This document shows, one piece after another, positions 9,301 to 19,889 of a stretch of DNA of 64,000 nt. Origin of the DNA: Actinomycetes bacterium. GTDB taxonomy: Bacteria; Actinomycetota; Aquicultoria; UBA3085; Oleimmundimicrobiaceae. A program made the translations under genes and the position numbers. The stretch spans positions 69,113 through 133,112 of the forward strand of contig JAUWKI010000001.1 of assembly GCA_030614255.1 (NCBI GenBank), in the 5' to 3' direction. The notes below the pieces were generated by a model. That model was not told the origin of the DNA, did not search any database, and worked only from the letters and a program-made list of their open reading frames with translations. Each line of letters starts with the position of its first letter. Positions within the stretch are counted from its first letter, which is position 1.

Positions 9301-10211
9301 ATCTTCACTTGACCCACTATGTCTAAGATATTTTTGATACCCTTAATTTTCAAAAATTCCTCAAGTTTTTCCACTACTTTAATCGTAATCTCCGGGTTGG
9401 TAAAATTTGCCGTCCCTATGGCTATAGCGCTCGCCCCTGCCAAAAAGAATTCAATCGCATCGCGATAATTGGCTATGCCTCCCATGCCAATTATCGGAAT
9501 ATTGATAACATTTGATACGCGCCAAATCATTTCGACCGCAACCGGCTTTATGGCTGGTCCAGATAGACCTCCTACAATGTTTGCAAGCTGCGGCTCAAAA
9601 GATTCGATGTCTATTGCCATTCCCAAGAGCGTGTTTATTAAAGATACAGCATCGGCTCCGGCGTTTTCAACCCCCCTGGCAATCTCCTCAATATTGCCGA
9701 CATTGGGAGATAACTTAACGATAAGCGGAAGCTTCGTTGCTTTTCTGACAGTTGAAGTCAGCTTGATAGCAAACTCAACATCTGAGCCGAAAGCCAACCC
9801 ACCCGCTTTTACATTGGGACATGAGATGTTAAGCTCAAGACCTTTTACCGCATCATGCTCAGAGAGTTTTTCGGCAACCTTTACATACTCTTCAACTGTG
9901 CGGCCAGCAACATTAACGATTACCGGAGTGTCAAATTTCCCAAGAAATTTTAAATCTTCAGTGATAAAATTTTCGACGCCTTTGTTTTGAAGCCCTATCG
10001 AATTGAGCATTCCACACGCAGTCTCGTGGATGCGTGGTGGCGGATTGCCGGATTGCTCTTTAAGGGTTACTCCCTTCGTTACTATTGCACCAAGTCTCGA
10101 TAGGTCAACAAAATTCGAGTATTCGAAACCGCTCCCAAATGTGCCCGATGCGGTCATTACAGGATTTTTTAATTTAATTCCGGCAATCTCTACTTCTAAA
10201 TTAGGTTTCAA
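9297..10211 (-). CDS. pyrD: Dihydroorotate dehydrogenase (type 1B) catalytic subunit
   Basis: NPVMTASGTFG, ELNISCPN and GMGGI motifs. ATGA overlap with pyrF. Preceded by pyrK. Confidence 0.93.
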   Translation of the reverse strand: MKPNLEVEIAGIKLKNPVMTASGTFGSGFEYSNFVDLSRLGAIVTKGVTLKEQSGNPPPRIHETACGMLNSIGLQNKGVENFITEDLKFLGKFDTPVIVNVAGRTVEEYVKVAEKLSEHDAVKGLELNISCPNVKAGGLAFGSDVEFAIKLTSTVRKATKLPLIVKLSPNVGNIEEIARGVENAGADAVSLINTLLGMAIDIESFEPQLANIVGGLSGPAIKPVAVEMIWRVSNVINIPIIGMGGIANYRDAIEFFLAGASAIAIGTANFTNPEITIKVVEKLEEFLKIKGIKNILDIVGQVKI

Positions 10212-10223
10212 TTTTTTACTCCC

Positions 10224-10997
10224 CTAATCCCAGATAATATCCGAAGCGTTAAAAATCGGACCGTCGGCGCAAACACGTTTATAGCCGCTTTTGGTCTTAC
10301 AAACACAAGAAAGACAAGCCCCTACCCCACAAGCCATTCGTTCCTCAAGTGATAAAAAACAAGATATTTCATTTTGCCCCGCAATTAAAGCAACTCTTTT
10401 TAACATCGGTTCCGGCCCACAGGCAAAAATCTTGCTAGGTTTCCCATTTTGTCTCAGGTATTCTAAGAGCAAATCAGCAGTTGTACCTTCAAAGCCGAGG
10501 CTACCATCATCCGTTGCATAATAAACTCTATCTCTTATGTTGTTCTGTAGTTCAAAAGGAATAACTTTTTTACAATTTATACAGCCGATTAACATATCAA
10601 AATCGATCTCCGCCGAAAGAAGTTTTTCGGCCAAGAAAACGAGAGGAGCTACCCCTATCCCACCGGCTATAAGCAAGTTACTTTTACAATCGTTGGAAAC
10701 TTCAAACCCGTTGCCCAAGGGGCCAATCACGCTCAAACGGCAACCGATTTCCATCTCAGCAAGTGAAGAGGTCCCCTTTCCAACAACCTGAAAAAGAATT
10801 TCAAAGACATCTTTATTTATTTGCCTGTGCACACTAAATGGCCTTCTCAAGATAAAACTTTTGTCTTTTCCGCATTCAACATGTACAAATTGGCCCGGGG
10901 CCACGCTCGAAGCAATTTCCGGACAAAAAAATCGCAACTTAAAGATATTGTCTACTACTTCTTCTTTAGATAAAACTTTAGCTTTAGTGTGAACCAT
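10224..10997 (-). CDS. pyrK: Dihydroorotate dehydrogenase electron-transfer subunit
   Basis: FAD/NAD-binding RRPFS and GGIGVAP motifs, plus the C-terminal 2Fe-2S motif CGVGACLSCVC. Confidence 0.9.
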   Translation of the reverse strand: MVHTKAKVLSKEEVVDNIFKLRFFCPEIASSVAPGQFVHVECGKDKSFILRRPFSVHRQINKDVFEILFQVVGKGTSSLAEMEIGCRLSVIGPLGNGFEVSNDCKSNLLIAGGIGVAPLVFLAEKLLSAEIDFDMLIGCINCKKVIPFELQNNIRDRVYYATDDGSLGFEGTTADLLLEYLRQNGKPSKIFACGPEPMLKRVALIAGQNEISCFLSLEERMACGVGACLSCVCKTKSGYKRVCADGPIFNASDIIWD

Positions 10998-11083
10998 TAA
11001 TTAACATCAGCTCCACAATAATCTTGAATTGCTTTGACGTTTGCCTCATTATTAATATTTCCTCATCATTTAAATGCTCCTCA

Positions 11084-12382
11084 TCAAGCCCTATTAACTA
11101 ATTTTTCGTCTTCGACAATCATCTTCCCGCCAACGATTAAATAATCAATCACTCCATTGAGCTCCCAACCATTAAACGGCGTATTCCGGCTCTTAGATAA
11201 GAATTTGTTACTATCAACCCTAACTTTAGTCTTAGTGTTAAATATAGTGACGTCTGCATTGTTTCCGACGGAAAGATTCCCTTTGTTTGTATTTAAAATC
11301 TTCGCCGGGGCAATCGTTAATTTTTTGATAAGCTCAGGCAGTTTTAATATGCCCTCCCCCACGATTTTGGTCAACATAAGTGGCAATGTAGTCTCCAAAC
11401 CTATAATACCGAAAGCAGCAAGCGCAAACTCAACATCCTTTTCATGAACCGCATGTGGTGCATGATCGCTCACTATAGCATCAATTACGCCTTCTGATAG
11501 TCCTTTGTGAAGAGCATTTACATCTGTCTCTCCCCTCAACGGTGGATTGACCTTAAAATTGGTATCATATTCGAGTAACGCTTCATCAGTTAAGACTAAG
11601 TGGTGGGGGGTTACATCACATGTGATTTTTAAACCTCGTTCCTTGGCCTCTTTAATCATTCTCAGTGAACCTTCTGTACTGACATGCGTAAAGTGAACCC
11701 TGGTATTTGTTAGTTCGGCTAGTATGATATCCCTTGCAATTGAAACCTCTTCTGCAGCAGAAGGTATCCCTTTTAACCCAAGAATGGTCGAGTAATATCC
11801 CTCGTTAATATGTCCTTTTTGGGATAATTCGCTACACTCAGCGTGTGAAATCAAGGAAACATCGAATATTTTGCTGTATTCAAGGGCCCTGCGCATTACC
11901 TCGCTATTCTGCACACATTTGCCATCATCGGTAAAGGCTGCCGCTCCGGAGTCGATAAGCTCAGCCATTTCCGTTAGTTCTTTGCCTTGTAACCCTTTGG
12001 TTATGGCAGCAACCGGATAAACATTGACTAAATTTGCCTCTTTTGCTTTCTCGATTATCATTTCGGTAACAGCGGAATTATCATTTACAGGACTCGTATT
12101 TGGCATGCAGGCGATTGAAGTAAAACCCCCCATGGCCGCAGCCTTACAACCACTTTCAATTGTTTCTTCATCTTCTCGTCCCGGCTCTCTGAGGTGAACA
12201 TGCATATCAATTAATCCCGGGGTAACAATTTTTTCCCGGGCATCGATTATTTTGGCACCATCGGAATTGAGATTTTTGTTCAAGACCACAATCTTTCCCT
12301 TTTCAACCAAGATATCTAAAGTCTCATCTAGGTTGTTTGCGGGATCGATTACTCTACCGTTTTTGATTAGCAACTTTTTCAA
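11084..12382 (-). CDS. pyrC: Dihydroorotase
   Basis: DMHVHLREPG metal motif and the amidohydrolase fold. TTG at 12382 lies 8 nt after GGAGG and gives MKKLLIKNGRV. The ORF track start at 12406 is the alternative. Confidence 0.92.
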   Translation of the reverse strand: MKKLLIKNGRVIDPANNLDETLDILVEKGKIVVLNKNLNSDGAKIIDAREKIVTPGLIDMHVHLREPGREDEETIESGCKAAAMGGFTSIACMPNTSPVNDNSAVTEMIIEKAKEANLVNVYPVAAITKGLQGKELTEMAELIDSGAAAFTDDGKCVQNSEVMRRALEYSKIFDVSLISHAECSELSQKGHINEGYYSTILGLKGIPSAAEEVSIARDIILAELTNTRVHFTHVSTEGSLRMIKEAKERGLKITCDVTPHHLVLTDEALLEYDTNFKVNPPLRGETDVNALHKGLSEGVIDAIVSDHAPHAVHEKDVEFALAAFGIIGLETTLPLMLTKIVGEGILKLPELIKKLTIAPAKILNTNKGNLSVGNNADVTIFNTKTKVRVDSNKFLSKSRNTPFNGWELNGVIDYLIVGGKMIVEDEKLVNRA

Positions 12383-13304
12383 CTTCTGCACCTCCAAGTA
12401 ACACATAAAGAACGGCCATCCTTATAGCCACGCCATTTCTAACCTGTTCTGTGATGACTGCCTGCGGTATATCGGCAACCTCAGAAGAAATTTCAATGCC
12501 CCTGTTTATGGGTCCAGGGTGCATTATTAAAACATCTTTTTTGGCTTTTTTTAATCTATCTAAATTCAGACCATAAAGATTGGCATACTCTCGTATGGAT
12601 GGAAACAAGCTCTCGGTCTGTCGCTCCAGTTGAATTCTTAATACATAGACGACATCGAACTCACCGATGATTTCGTCTAGGTTGTAAGTAACCTCGACCC
12701 CCATGGCTTCGATTTTCACAGGAATTAGGGTTGGAGGCGCAACCAAAGTAACCTTGGCACCCATCTTTGTTAACGCCAGTATGTTTGAGCGAGCAACTCT
12801 ACTATGTGTGACATCACCCACGATTCCCACATGAAGACCATCTATCCGGCCAAATTTCTCTTTGATGGTATATAAGTCTAACAGCGCTTGAGTGGGATGT
12901 TCGTGAGCTCCGTCGCCGGCATTTATCACGCTTGCCTTTATATTCTTAGCAAAAAAATATGTGGCACCGGCTGAGGGATGTCTCATAATAACTGCATCTG
13001 CTCCTAGTGCATCTATCGTTTTTGCCGTATCTTTGAGAGACTCACCCTTAACCAAACTACTGTTCTTTGCCGAGATATTTACAACATCGGCGCTTAGCCG
13101 CTTTGCTGCCAGCTCAAAAGAGGTCCTCGTCCTTGTGCTGGGCTCGATAAATAAATTGACGACCGTTTTGCCCCGTAGGGTCGGAACCTTCTTGATATAG
13201 CGAGCCGATACCTCCCTGAAAGACTCTCCTAATTCGAGAATATATTGAATCTCTTCATTTTCCAGGTCTCTAATACCCAACAAATCTTTTTTCTTAAACA
13301 CCAT
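12354..13304 (-). CDS. pyrB: Aspartate carbamoyltransferase catalytic subunit
   Basis: STRTRTSFE, HPTQ and HPGP motifs. ATG at 13304 lies 5 nt after GGAGG. The longer track ORF to 13337 is probably an over-extension. Confidence 0.95.
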   Translation of the reverse strand: MVFKKKDLLGIRDLENEEIQYILELGESFREVSARYIKKVPTLRGKTVVNLFIEPSTRTRTSFELAAKRLSADVVNISAKNSSLVKGESLKDTAKTIDALGADAVIMRHPSAGATYFFAKNIKASVINAGDGAHEHPTQALLDLYTIKEKFGRIDGLHVGIVGDVTHSRVARSNILALTKMGAKVTLVAPPTLIPVKIEAMGVEVTYNLDEIIGEFDVVYVLRIQLERQTESLFPSIREYANLYGLNLDRLKKAKKDVLIMHPGPINRGIEISSEVADIPQAVITEQVRNGVAIRMAVLYVLLGGAEVEKVANQKR

Positions 13305-13346
13305 CGCAACCTCCAGCTCAAAAAAAATCCCCATCAAGGATGAGGA

Positions 13347-13904
<558 letters not shown>

Positions 13905-13916
13905 TTAATCTCCACA

Positions 13917-14025
13917 TAAAAAAATACCTCCCGCAGTAAACGGTAAGGCATCTTATCAAATTCTCCAAGATTATTTTTTTCAAGTCACCCATCTCCTTCC
14001 TAGCCTCTCCGGACCAGTTTAAAGG
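13917..14025 (-). promoter_or_regulatory. PyrR-binding anti-antiterminator hairpin plus intrinsic terminator (pyr leader attenuator)
   Basis: The leader RNA reads CCUUUAAACUGGUCCGGAGAGGCUAGGAAGG, which contains the PyrR loop motif UCCGGAGAGGCU (consensus UCCAGAGAGGCU). It is followed by the hairpin CCUUACCG-UUUACUG-CGGGAGG and UAUUUUUUU, ending 12 nt before the pyrR ATG. Confidence 0.6.
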
Positions 14026-14032
14026 TTAAGTA

Positions 14033-14061
14033 ATATTAGCAATTCTCTTACCCGATGTCAA
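14033..14061 (-). promoter_or_regulatory. pyr operon promoter (-35 TTGACA, 17 nt, -10 TAATAT on minus strand)
   Basis: The minus strand reads TTGACAtcgggtaagagaattgcTAATAT, immediately upstream of the PyrR-binding hairpin. Confidence 0.5.
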
Positions 14062-14087
14062 TAAAGCTTAAATTATAATTTTATCCT

Positions 14088-15257
14088 TTAATTGATGCTA
14101 ATCCAACACCTTAAATTGAGCTCCCCCAACCACTTGCTTCTTTTGATTAAATTAATGGACGAATTGACGATCCAGGGTTTTTTCGCAAATCTCACGATGA
14201 ATGTGCTAAGAGTAAAATATTTATTGAAAAGAGCATCGATATTTTTTTGATAACCCTCAAGTGGTTTTGTTTTTAAGTCGTTCGTCCTTAAAGCAGAATC
14301 TATCGCCTCCGCCGCATATTTACTGCTCTCAAGCGCATACATCATACCCTCCCCTGTTAAGGGATTTATGAGACCGGCGGCATCTCCAACTAAAATCATC
14401 CCATCGCATACCGCTCTTTTCACTCCACCCATATAAAGCTTTTTACCAACCACCTGAGTGAGCCGCTTTGCATTCTTTAATTTCTTGCTTGCATGAACAG
14501 TTGAGTTTGCAAACCTATCCAAAATTTCTGTTACGTTGTAGTTTTCCTTCTTTAAATCATTTAAGTATATCCCCACGCCAACGTTTGCAACATTATTCCC
14601 CTGGGGAAAAATCCACCCTACGCCAGGCAAAATAGCATCTTCGCCGTAAATTTCCATATAGTCATCTATATCGTTAACGCCTTCATAATAAGCGCGAATC
14701 GCAATTGCTGTTGCTCTAAAATCTTTCTTGTCGATGCCGAACACGCTTTTTGCAAGCTTGGAAGATGCCCCTTCGGCAACAATGACAAATTTAGCGGTCT
14801 CTTCAAAAATTTTGCCGTCGCAACTATATTTAACTCCCGCAACTCTTCCAGACTCCATGACAACATCGGTTACGGGGGAATGCTCTAAAAAATGAACTCC
14901 AGCTTGGCTAGCATGATTTTTTAATATTTCATCAAGTTCGATGCGTGGAACCACAAATCCCCTTCTCGGGTAATCTTTGTAAGCTGGAAAATCAGTAACA
15001 GAGCATCCACCTTTTGAGGAATATATCTTAACTCCCCTCGTCTCTTTGAACCTACCCTCTAATTTCTGAACAACGCCCATATCTTCCAGCACCCTAACTC
15101 CTCTGGGCGTGACAGTATCTCCGCAAATTTTTTCTCTTGGAAACTTGCATTTGTCGAGCATGAGAACTTTATGGCCCGCTTTTGCAAGATAATACGAAGC
15201 AGACGAACCGGCTACTCCTGCTCCAACTACTATGACATCATAATTCATCAACATCAC
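14088..15257 (-). CDS. Geranylgeranyl reductase family FAD-dependent oxidoreductase
   Basis: N-terminal DVIVVGAGVAGSSASYYLAKAG (FAD GxGxxG), KICGD and LVGDAAGLINPLTGEG motifs of the GGR/MenJ-like family. Substrate is unknown. The start may be the ATG at 15248. Confidence 0.8.
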   Translation of the reverse strand: MMLMNYDVIVVGAGVAGSSASYYLAKAGHKVLMLDKCKFPREKICGDTVTPRGVRVLEDMGVVQKLEGRFKETRGVKIYSSKGGCSVTDFPAYKDYPRRGFVVPRIELDEILKNHASQAGVHFLEHSPVTDVVMESGRVAGVKYSCDGKIFEETAKFVIVAEGASSKLAKSVFGIDKKDFRATAIAIRAYYEGVNDIDDYMEIYGEDAILPGVGWIFPQGNNVANVGVGIYLNDLKKENYNVTEILDRFANSTVHASKKLKNAKRLTQVVGKKLYMGGVKRAVCDGMILVGDAAGLINPLTGEGMMYALESSKYAAEAIDSALRTNDLKTKPLEGYQKNIDALFNKYFTLSTFIVRFAKKPWIVNSSINLIKRSKWLGELNLRCWISIN

Positions 15258-15471
15258 CAGAGAGTTAGTTTAGTGAAATCTTTAACAAATTACAATAAAA
15301 ACAGGGTTGAACTTATTGTAGGATTTTCGATTAGTGTTGGATTTTAGCTCGATTAACCTTTTGGTTCCTGCAGAAAACAATGATCTTAAGTTCCACGCTC
15401 AACTGAGAATATAAATTTTCGCTCCGAGTATCAACCGGCTTTCCTAGAAAACTTCTGCAAATAACCGGTAG

Positions 15472-15753
15472 TTACAAATACTCCACGGTAAATCTTTTAA
15501 ATTCTCCCTTGTAATCATCCCATCCTACCGTTACACCAACAACCCTTGCGTAAGGTGGACCGTGGTGTGCCCAATCAACTAAGGTCTTGACGTCTTTTTC
15601 TTCCCCTTCCAAAAGCATCTTTACCGAGCTACCTGATACATTTTTTACCCAACCGGTTACGTTGTTGTTGATGGCAATATCCCTTGCACATGAACGAAAA
15701 TATACTCCTTGAACCTTGCCTTCAACTTTTATGTATGCCCGAACTTTAGACAT
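15472..15753 (-). CDS. acyP: Acylphosphatase
   Basis: A 93-aa protein with VEGKVQGVYFRSCARDIA...GWVKN, the acylphosphatase signature. Confidence 0.9.
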   Translation of the reverse strand: MSKVRAYIKVEGKVQGVYFRSCARDIAINNNVTGWVKNVSGSSVKMLLEGEEKDVKTLVDWAHHGPPYARVVGVTVGWDDYKGEFKRFTVEYL

Positions 15754-15839
15754 TTTCCACCCAAAATTATCCTTTCTTGCTATTGACTTATAAACTTTCT
15801 ACCCATACTCAAGATAAGCTGCTCGAAATAGATCGGCCA

Positions 15840-17234
15840 TTATTTATATCGCTCAACTGTAAACCTAAATAGCTTGACCGTTTCGTCAGTGTTAAGACCG
15901 GCTTTTTGTTTAGCTATGTTTACCTGTTTTTCAACGGTATCGACACCCTCAAGGTCCGGCAGCAAGAGCCCTGTTTTAAAGCCCGACTTGACAATGACTC
16001 CGTACTTTTTGGAATCCAAGCTTCTCTTGTCCGGAATTGGCTCTGGGGGGTTTAAAATATCAACCGAATATATTAAATCCGGCAGTTCGGATTCGTCGAT
16101 TGGGCAAAACCTTGGGTCGGTAGTTGCTGCCTGTATTGCAATCCTTATTATCTCTTTTGCAACATTCTCCTGGCTAGAAACAGTGCTACCAATACAGCCC
16201 CTAAGAACCTTTCCCCGCTTTAAAGAGACAAAGACCCCCGCTTTTTTCTCCAAGAGCTCGTCAGGTAAATCATCGGGAAGCTTCAACGTCTTTCCTTTTT
16301 TAACATAAGACTCAACCGCATTGCGAGCTAGTTTAACCGGCTCGCTCTCGCTCTTCCTGCGTTCCTTCTCTTCGATAATTTTCTCGTCCATCATCTCTGT
16401 TATAAATATTCGATCATCATCTTTTTCAACGGGTTCCACCACAACTACCATATAACCGACACCAAAGGGTCCTTCATATGATAAAACTTCGGATCTAACT
16501 GTATAACCGTCGAAAACTCCGCCCAAGGTAATAAATGAACGTAAGCCACACTCCCCCGCATCCTCTATGAGAGATTCGTCGATTTTAAGCAGCTCCCTAA
16601 AGTTACCCGTCCCCATTATTTCTTTAACCCTCAAGTCAAACTTTATACCCCTCGGATTATATCCGGCCGGAGCTGAGGACGTGAGTCTATGAGAAAGATC
16701 GCCGCTGGCGATGAAAGCAACTTTTTTATTCAGTCTATCGGAGGCATTTCGCACAGCAATGCCCAATTTATAGTGCTTTAAGTAGCTTAAGTATGAAATC
16801 GACAGTGAAACTACGGGTATATTCAATTTTTCCCAAAGATAATAAAGAGGAACGAGTAGCCCGTGATCAAGCTCTTCCAGGTGTTCATAGCCCTCTTTGC
16901 TCAAATCGGCCATAAGTATTCCGAGATTTCTTGCTTCATCAAGTATGGCCTTTGCCATTCTCACATCATTTTTAACCCTAAATTTAATAGAAAACGCCCC
17001 GAACTGCGCAAAAGAACCTTCAAACTCAGCGCTCATCTTTATTGCTATAGCATCAGAAAAAGCAGGGCTGTGCGGAGAAATGAAGATTAATGTCTCGGGA
17101 TTTAATGAGGCCACTTTTTCAACCATCTTATGCATAGCTTCTTTTGTAGCTTCAATTTCCGATATGCTCTTTCCACCAATTTCCGGTATCAGTATCGGTG
17201 GATGAGGTGCCGCGCAACCAATTAAAATCGACAT
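15840..17234 (-). CDS. Fusion protein: class III extradiol dioxygenase subunit-B/Memo-like (LigB fold) N-domain + AMMECR1 C-domain
   Basis: The N-terminal ~270 aa carry APHPPILIPE, ISPHSP, DHGLLVPL, SGDLSHRL and AGECG (LigB/Memo-like). The C-terminal ~175 aa carry GVFVSLKRGKVLRGCIGS...DPRF (AMMECR1 signature). Confidence 0.8.
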   Translation of the reverse strand: MSILIGCAAPHPPILIPEIGGKSISEIEATKEAMHKMVEKVASLNPETLIFISPHSPAFSDAIAIKMSAEFEGSFAQFGAFSIKFRVKNDVRMAKAILDEARNLGILMADLSKEGYEHLEELDHGLLVPLYYLWEKLNIPVVSLSISYLSYLKHYKLGIAVRNASDRLNKKVAFIASGDLSHRLTSSAPAGYNPRGIKFDLRVKEIMGTGNFRELLKIDESLIEDAGECGLRSFITLGGVFDGYTVRSEVLSYEGPFGVGYMVVVVEPVEKDDDRIFITEMMDEKIIEEKERRKSESEPVKLARNAVESYVKKGKTLKLPDDLPDELLEKKAGVFVSLKRGKVLRGCIGSTVSSQENVAKEIIRIAIQAATTDPRFCPIDESELPDLIYSVDILNPPEPIPDKRSLDSKKYGVIVKSGFKTGLLLPDLEGVDTVEKQVNIAKQKAGLNTDETVKLFRFTVERYK

Positions 17235-17254
17235 GCAGCCCTCCGTTCATGTAC

Positions 17255-18565
17255 CTATTTAAGCTCTCCTTTTAAAGACCAGGAACGAGCCTCTTTTATC
17301 TTAACTCTTGCGAATGTATTAATCAACGACGTCGAGCCAGGAAAGTTAACCACCTTGTTGGTTCTGGTTCTGCCCATCATAACATCCTTATTCTTCTTGC
17401 TCTCACCCTCCACCAAAACTTCAACCTCGTTATCGACAAGGCAAAGATTTCCTTGAAGACTATTTCTATTTTGTACCTCAAGCAACCTCGCAAACCGATC
17501 CATCTTAATCTCTTTTGGTACACGGTTTTTCATTTTAGCCGCCTCCGTGCCCTCCCTTGGAGAATAGACAAACATGAAAGCATTGTCATATTTAGCACGT
17601 CTCACAACATCTAAGGTGTTTGAGAAATCTTCTTCCGTTTCTCCCGGAAAACCGACGATGACATCGGTCGTTATACTACAACCGGGAACCATTTTGTAGA
17701 TATTTTCAACCAGGGCAAGATAGTCTTTTTTCGTATATCCCCTCTTCATCTTCTTTAGTACTCTGTCCGAACCGGCTTGAAGCGGTAAATGAATATGCTC
17801 GCAAACTTTATCACATTCGGCCGACGCTAGAACCACGTCTCTGCCAAAATCTCGCGGATGAGGACTCATAAAACGAATTCTCTCTAGGCCGTCTATCTCA
17901 TTTAACCTTCTTAAAAGCTTGGCAAAATGAAGTTTGCCATATAAATCCATCCCATAGGAATTTACATTTTGTCCGAGTAACGTTATCTCCAAAGTACCCT
18001 CGTCAGCAAGTTTCTCGACTTCAAGAACTATGTCTTCAAAAGGTCTGCTTGTTTCCCTGCCCCGCGCATACGGGACGATACAGTACGAACAAAAATTATT
18101 ACAGCCAGTAGATATTGTAACCCACGCTCTTACAGGGTTTTCACGTCGGACGGGCAAATCTTTAATTTTACTAGAGGGAACTTTCAGTATCTCGGTAACT
18201 CTCCGCCCCCCTTTGGCACTCTCTATCAAATTTGGAAGATTTGCGATGTTATGGGTGCCAAATATTATATCAACATGGGGCATTTTCATTTGAAGGTCGG
18301 AACCCTCCTTCTGGGCCAAGCAACCCCCAACAGCTATGATTAAATCTTTATTCTTATCTTTAATGGTCTTTAGGGAATTTACGTTTCCATATAGTTTGTC
18401 CTCTGCCGATTTGCGGACACAACATGTATTAAAGATGACGATATTCGCTTTTTCCATCTCCTTGGCACACTCGTAACCATGGGCCAGCAGAACACCGACT
18501 ATCTTTTCGGAATCATGTTTATTCATCTGGCAACCGTATGTAACAACAAAAAATTTCTTGGTCAT
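17255..18565 (-). CDS. miaB: tRNA-2-methylthio-N6-dimethylallyladenosine synthase (radical SAM methylthiotransferase)
   Basis: UPF0004 domain TYGCQMNKHDSE..NTCCVR, radical-SAM CNNFCSYC, and a C-terminal TRAM domain. Confidence 0.93.
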   Translation of the reverse strand: MTKKFFVVTYGCQMNKHDSEKIVGVLLAHGYECAKEMEKANIVIFNTCCVRKSAEDKLYGNVNSLKTIKDKNKDLIIAVGGCLAQKEGSDLQMKMPHVDIIFGTHNIANLPNLIESAKGGRRVTEILKVPSSKIKDLPVRRENPVRAWVTISTGCNNFCSYCIVPYARGRETSRPFEDIVLEVEKLADEGTLEITLLGQNVNSYGMDLYGKLHFAKLLRRLNEIDGLERIRFMSPHPRDFGRDVVLASAECDKVCEHIHLPLQAGSDRVLKKMKRGYTKKDYLALVENIYKMVPGCSITTDVIVGFPGETEEDFSNTLDVVRRAKYDNAFMFVYSPREGTEAAKMKNRVPKEIKMDRFARLLEVQNRNSLQGNLCLVDNEVEVLVEGESKKNKDVMMGRTRTNKVVNFPGSTSLINTFARVKIKEARSWSLKGELK

Positions 18566-18681
18566 CTTCGAACTCCTAGTCGTAATTTAGCGGAAAAAGT
18601 ATATCACAATTTGTAAGCCACTTTGTTGACCTGGGATAAAATCACATTTTAAGAAAGGGTGTCTAAGAAATAGCTCTAATT

Positions 18682-19500
18682 TTAATTGGTGGAGTTCTTG
18701 AGTGCTTTTAAATCGTCGAGAACCGAGTCCGGAACATTAGCAGAACCCATGAGCAATCCTCGGCTCAACCCATGGCAATCAGAGCCACCTGTTACAATTA
18801 AATCCAACTTTTTAGCCATATTCTTATACTTTAATGTTTGGGCTTGAGAGTGTTTGCTGTGATACGCTTCAAGTCCTTGAAGTCCCACATCGATAAAGTC
18901 TGCTATAAATTCATCGACCTTTGAAACGCCGGGATGCGCCAAGACCGATACCCCTCCCACCTGCCTTATGATTTTTATAACTTCTTGTGGGGAATATGTG
19001 GTATTCCTTACATAACATGGTCCACTTGCTCCAATATATTTGTCAAAAGCTTCTTGAATATTATCTATGCAACCCTTTTCAAGCATGGCCCTGGCCAAAT
19101 GGGCTCTTCCAACCGTAGCTCCGTTGCCGGCAACCTTGAGAACATCTTTTAGTAGAATGTCAAGACCCGCTTCCCTAAGATATTCAATCATCTCAATCGT
19201 TCGTTTATATCTTGCACTTTGTAACTTCTCAAGATGCTTGTCAAACCAAGGGTGTCGATAATCTATGTAGTATCCGAGTATGTGTATATCTCGGCCATCT
19301 AAGTCGGAACTGAATTCAATGGCGGGAATTACATCAACATTTAAGCGGTTGCCTTCTTTAATTGCTATCTCGATAGCATCAATACTATCATGGTCGGTAA
19401 TTGCTATGGCCTTTAATTCTAATTTGGCTGCAAGTTTCACAAGCTCCTCGGGTGAATATGTCCCATCTGAAGCTGTACTGTGGAGGTGAAGGTCCACCAT
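18682..19500 (-). CDS. PHP-domain phosphoesterase (TrpH/YciV-like)
   Basis: MVDLHLHSTASDG, ITDHD, LAHPG and GGSDCHG are PHP metal-ligand motifs. Confidence 0.85.
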   Translation of the reverse strand: MVDLHLHSTASDGTYSPEELVKLAAKLELKAIAITDHDSIDAIEIAIKEGNRLNVDVIPAIEFSSDLDGRDIHILGYYIDYRHPWFDKHLEKLQSARYKRTIEMIEYLREAGLDILLKDVLKVAGNGATVGRAHLARAMLEKGCIDNIQEAFDKYIGASGPCYVRNTTYSPQEVIKIIRQVGGVSVLAHPGVSKVDEFIADFIDVGLQGLEAYHSKHSQAQTLKYKNMAKKLDLIVTGGSDCHGLSRGLLMGSANVPDSVLDDLKALKNSTN

Positions 19501-19549
19501 CTTTAAAAGTTACACTCCACTATTTTTGTAATATTTCCAATGAAGCGTT

Positions 19550-19810
19550 TCATCGCGGTCCAATCAGCAGACGAATTGCTGTTCTGTCTTCGCCATCGAT
19601 TTTTAGGTCGGTAAATGCCGGGACCAAGACTAAGTCCATGCCTCCAGGGGCAACAAATCCACGGGCAATTGCTACCGCTTTAACGGCTTGGTTAAGCGCC
19701 CCAGCTCCGATAACCTGGATCTCGGCCCGTCCCTTATTACGGAGTATTGCTGCCAATGCACCTGCTACAGAGTTTGGATTGGACTTAGAGGAGACTTTTA
19801 GTACATCCAT
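19550..19810 (-). CDS. spoVS: Stage V sporulation protein S family protein
   Basis: An 86-aa protein. LKVSSKSNPNSVAGALAAILRNKGRAEIQVIGAGALNQAVKAVAIARGF closely matches the SpoVS family. Confidence 0.9.
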   Translation of the reverse strand: MDVLKVSSKSNPNSVAGALAAILRNKGRAEIQVIGAGALNQAVKAVAIARGFVAPGGMDLVLVPAFTDLKIDGEDRTAIRLLIGPR

Positions 19811-19889
19811 GTTTCCTCCTTAAATACTACAATGATTGGACTAATGTTGATTTCGCTAAAAAACACTCTTTTCCTGCTTTAAATCGAAT

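Noticed and set aside
15320-15356. Imperfect direct repeat ggattttcgatta / ggattttagctcgatta in the acyP-GGR spacer
   Set aside because: It is short, imperfect and has unequal spacing. There is no palindromic symmetry and no adjacent regulator. It cannot be separated from AT-rich background without comparative data.
18567-18582. Possible LexA half-site ttCGAACtcctAGTCG at the miaB start
   Set aside because: Only the left arm matches CGAAC-N4-GTTCG (the right arm matches 3/5). It overlaps the SD and start codon rather than a promoter, so it is probably a chance match.
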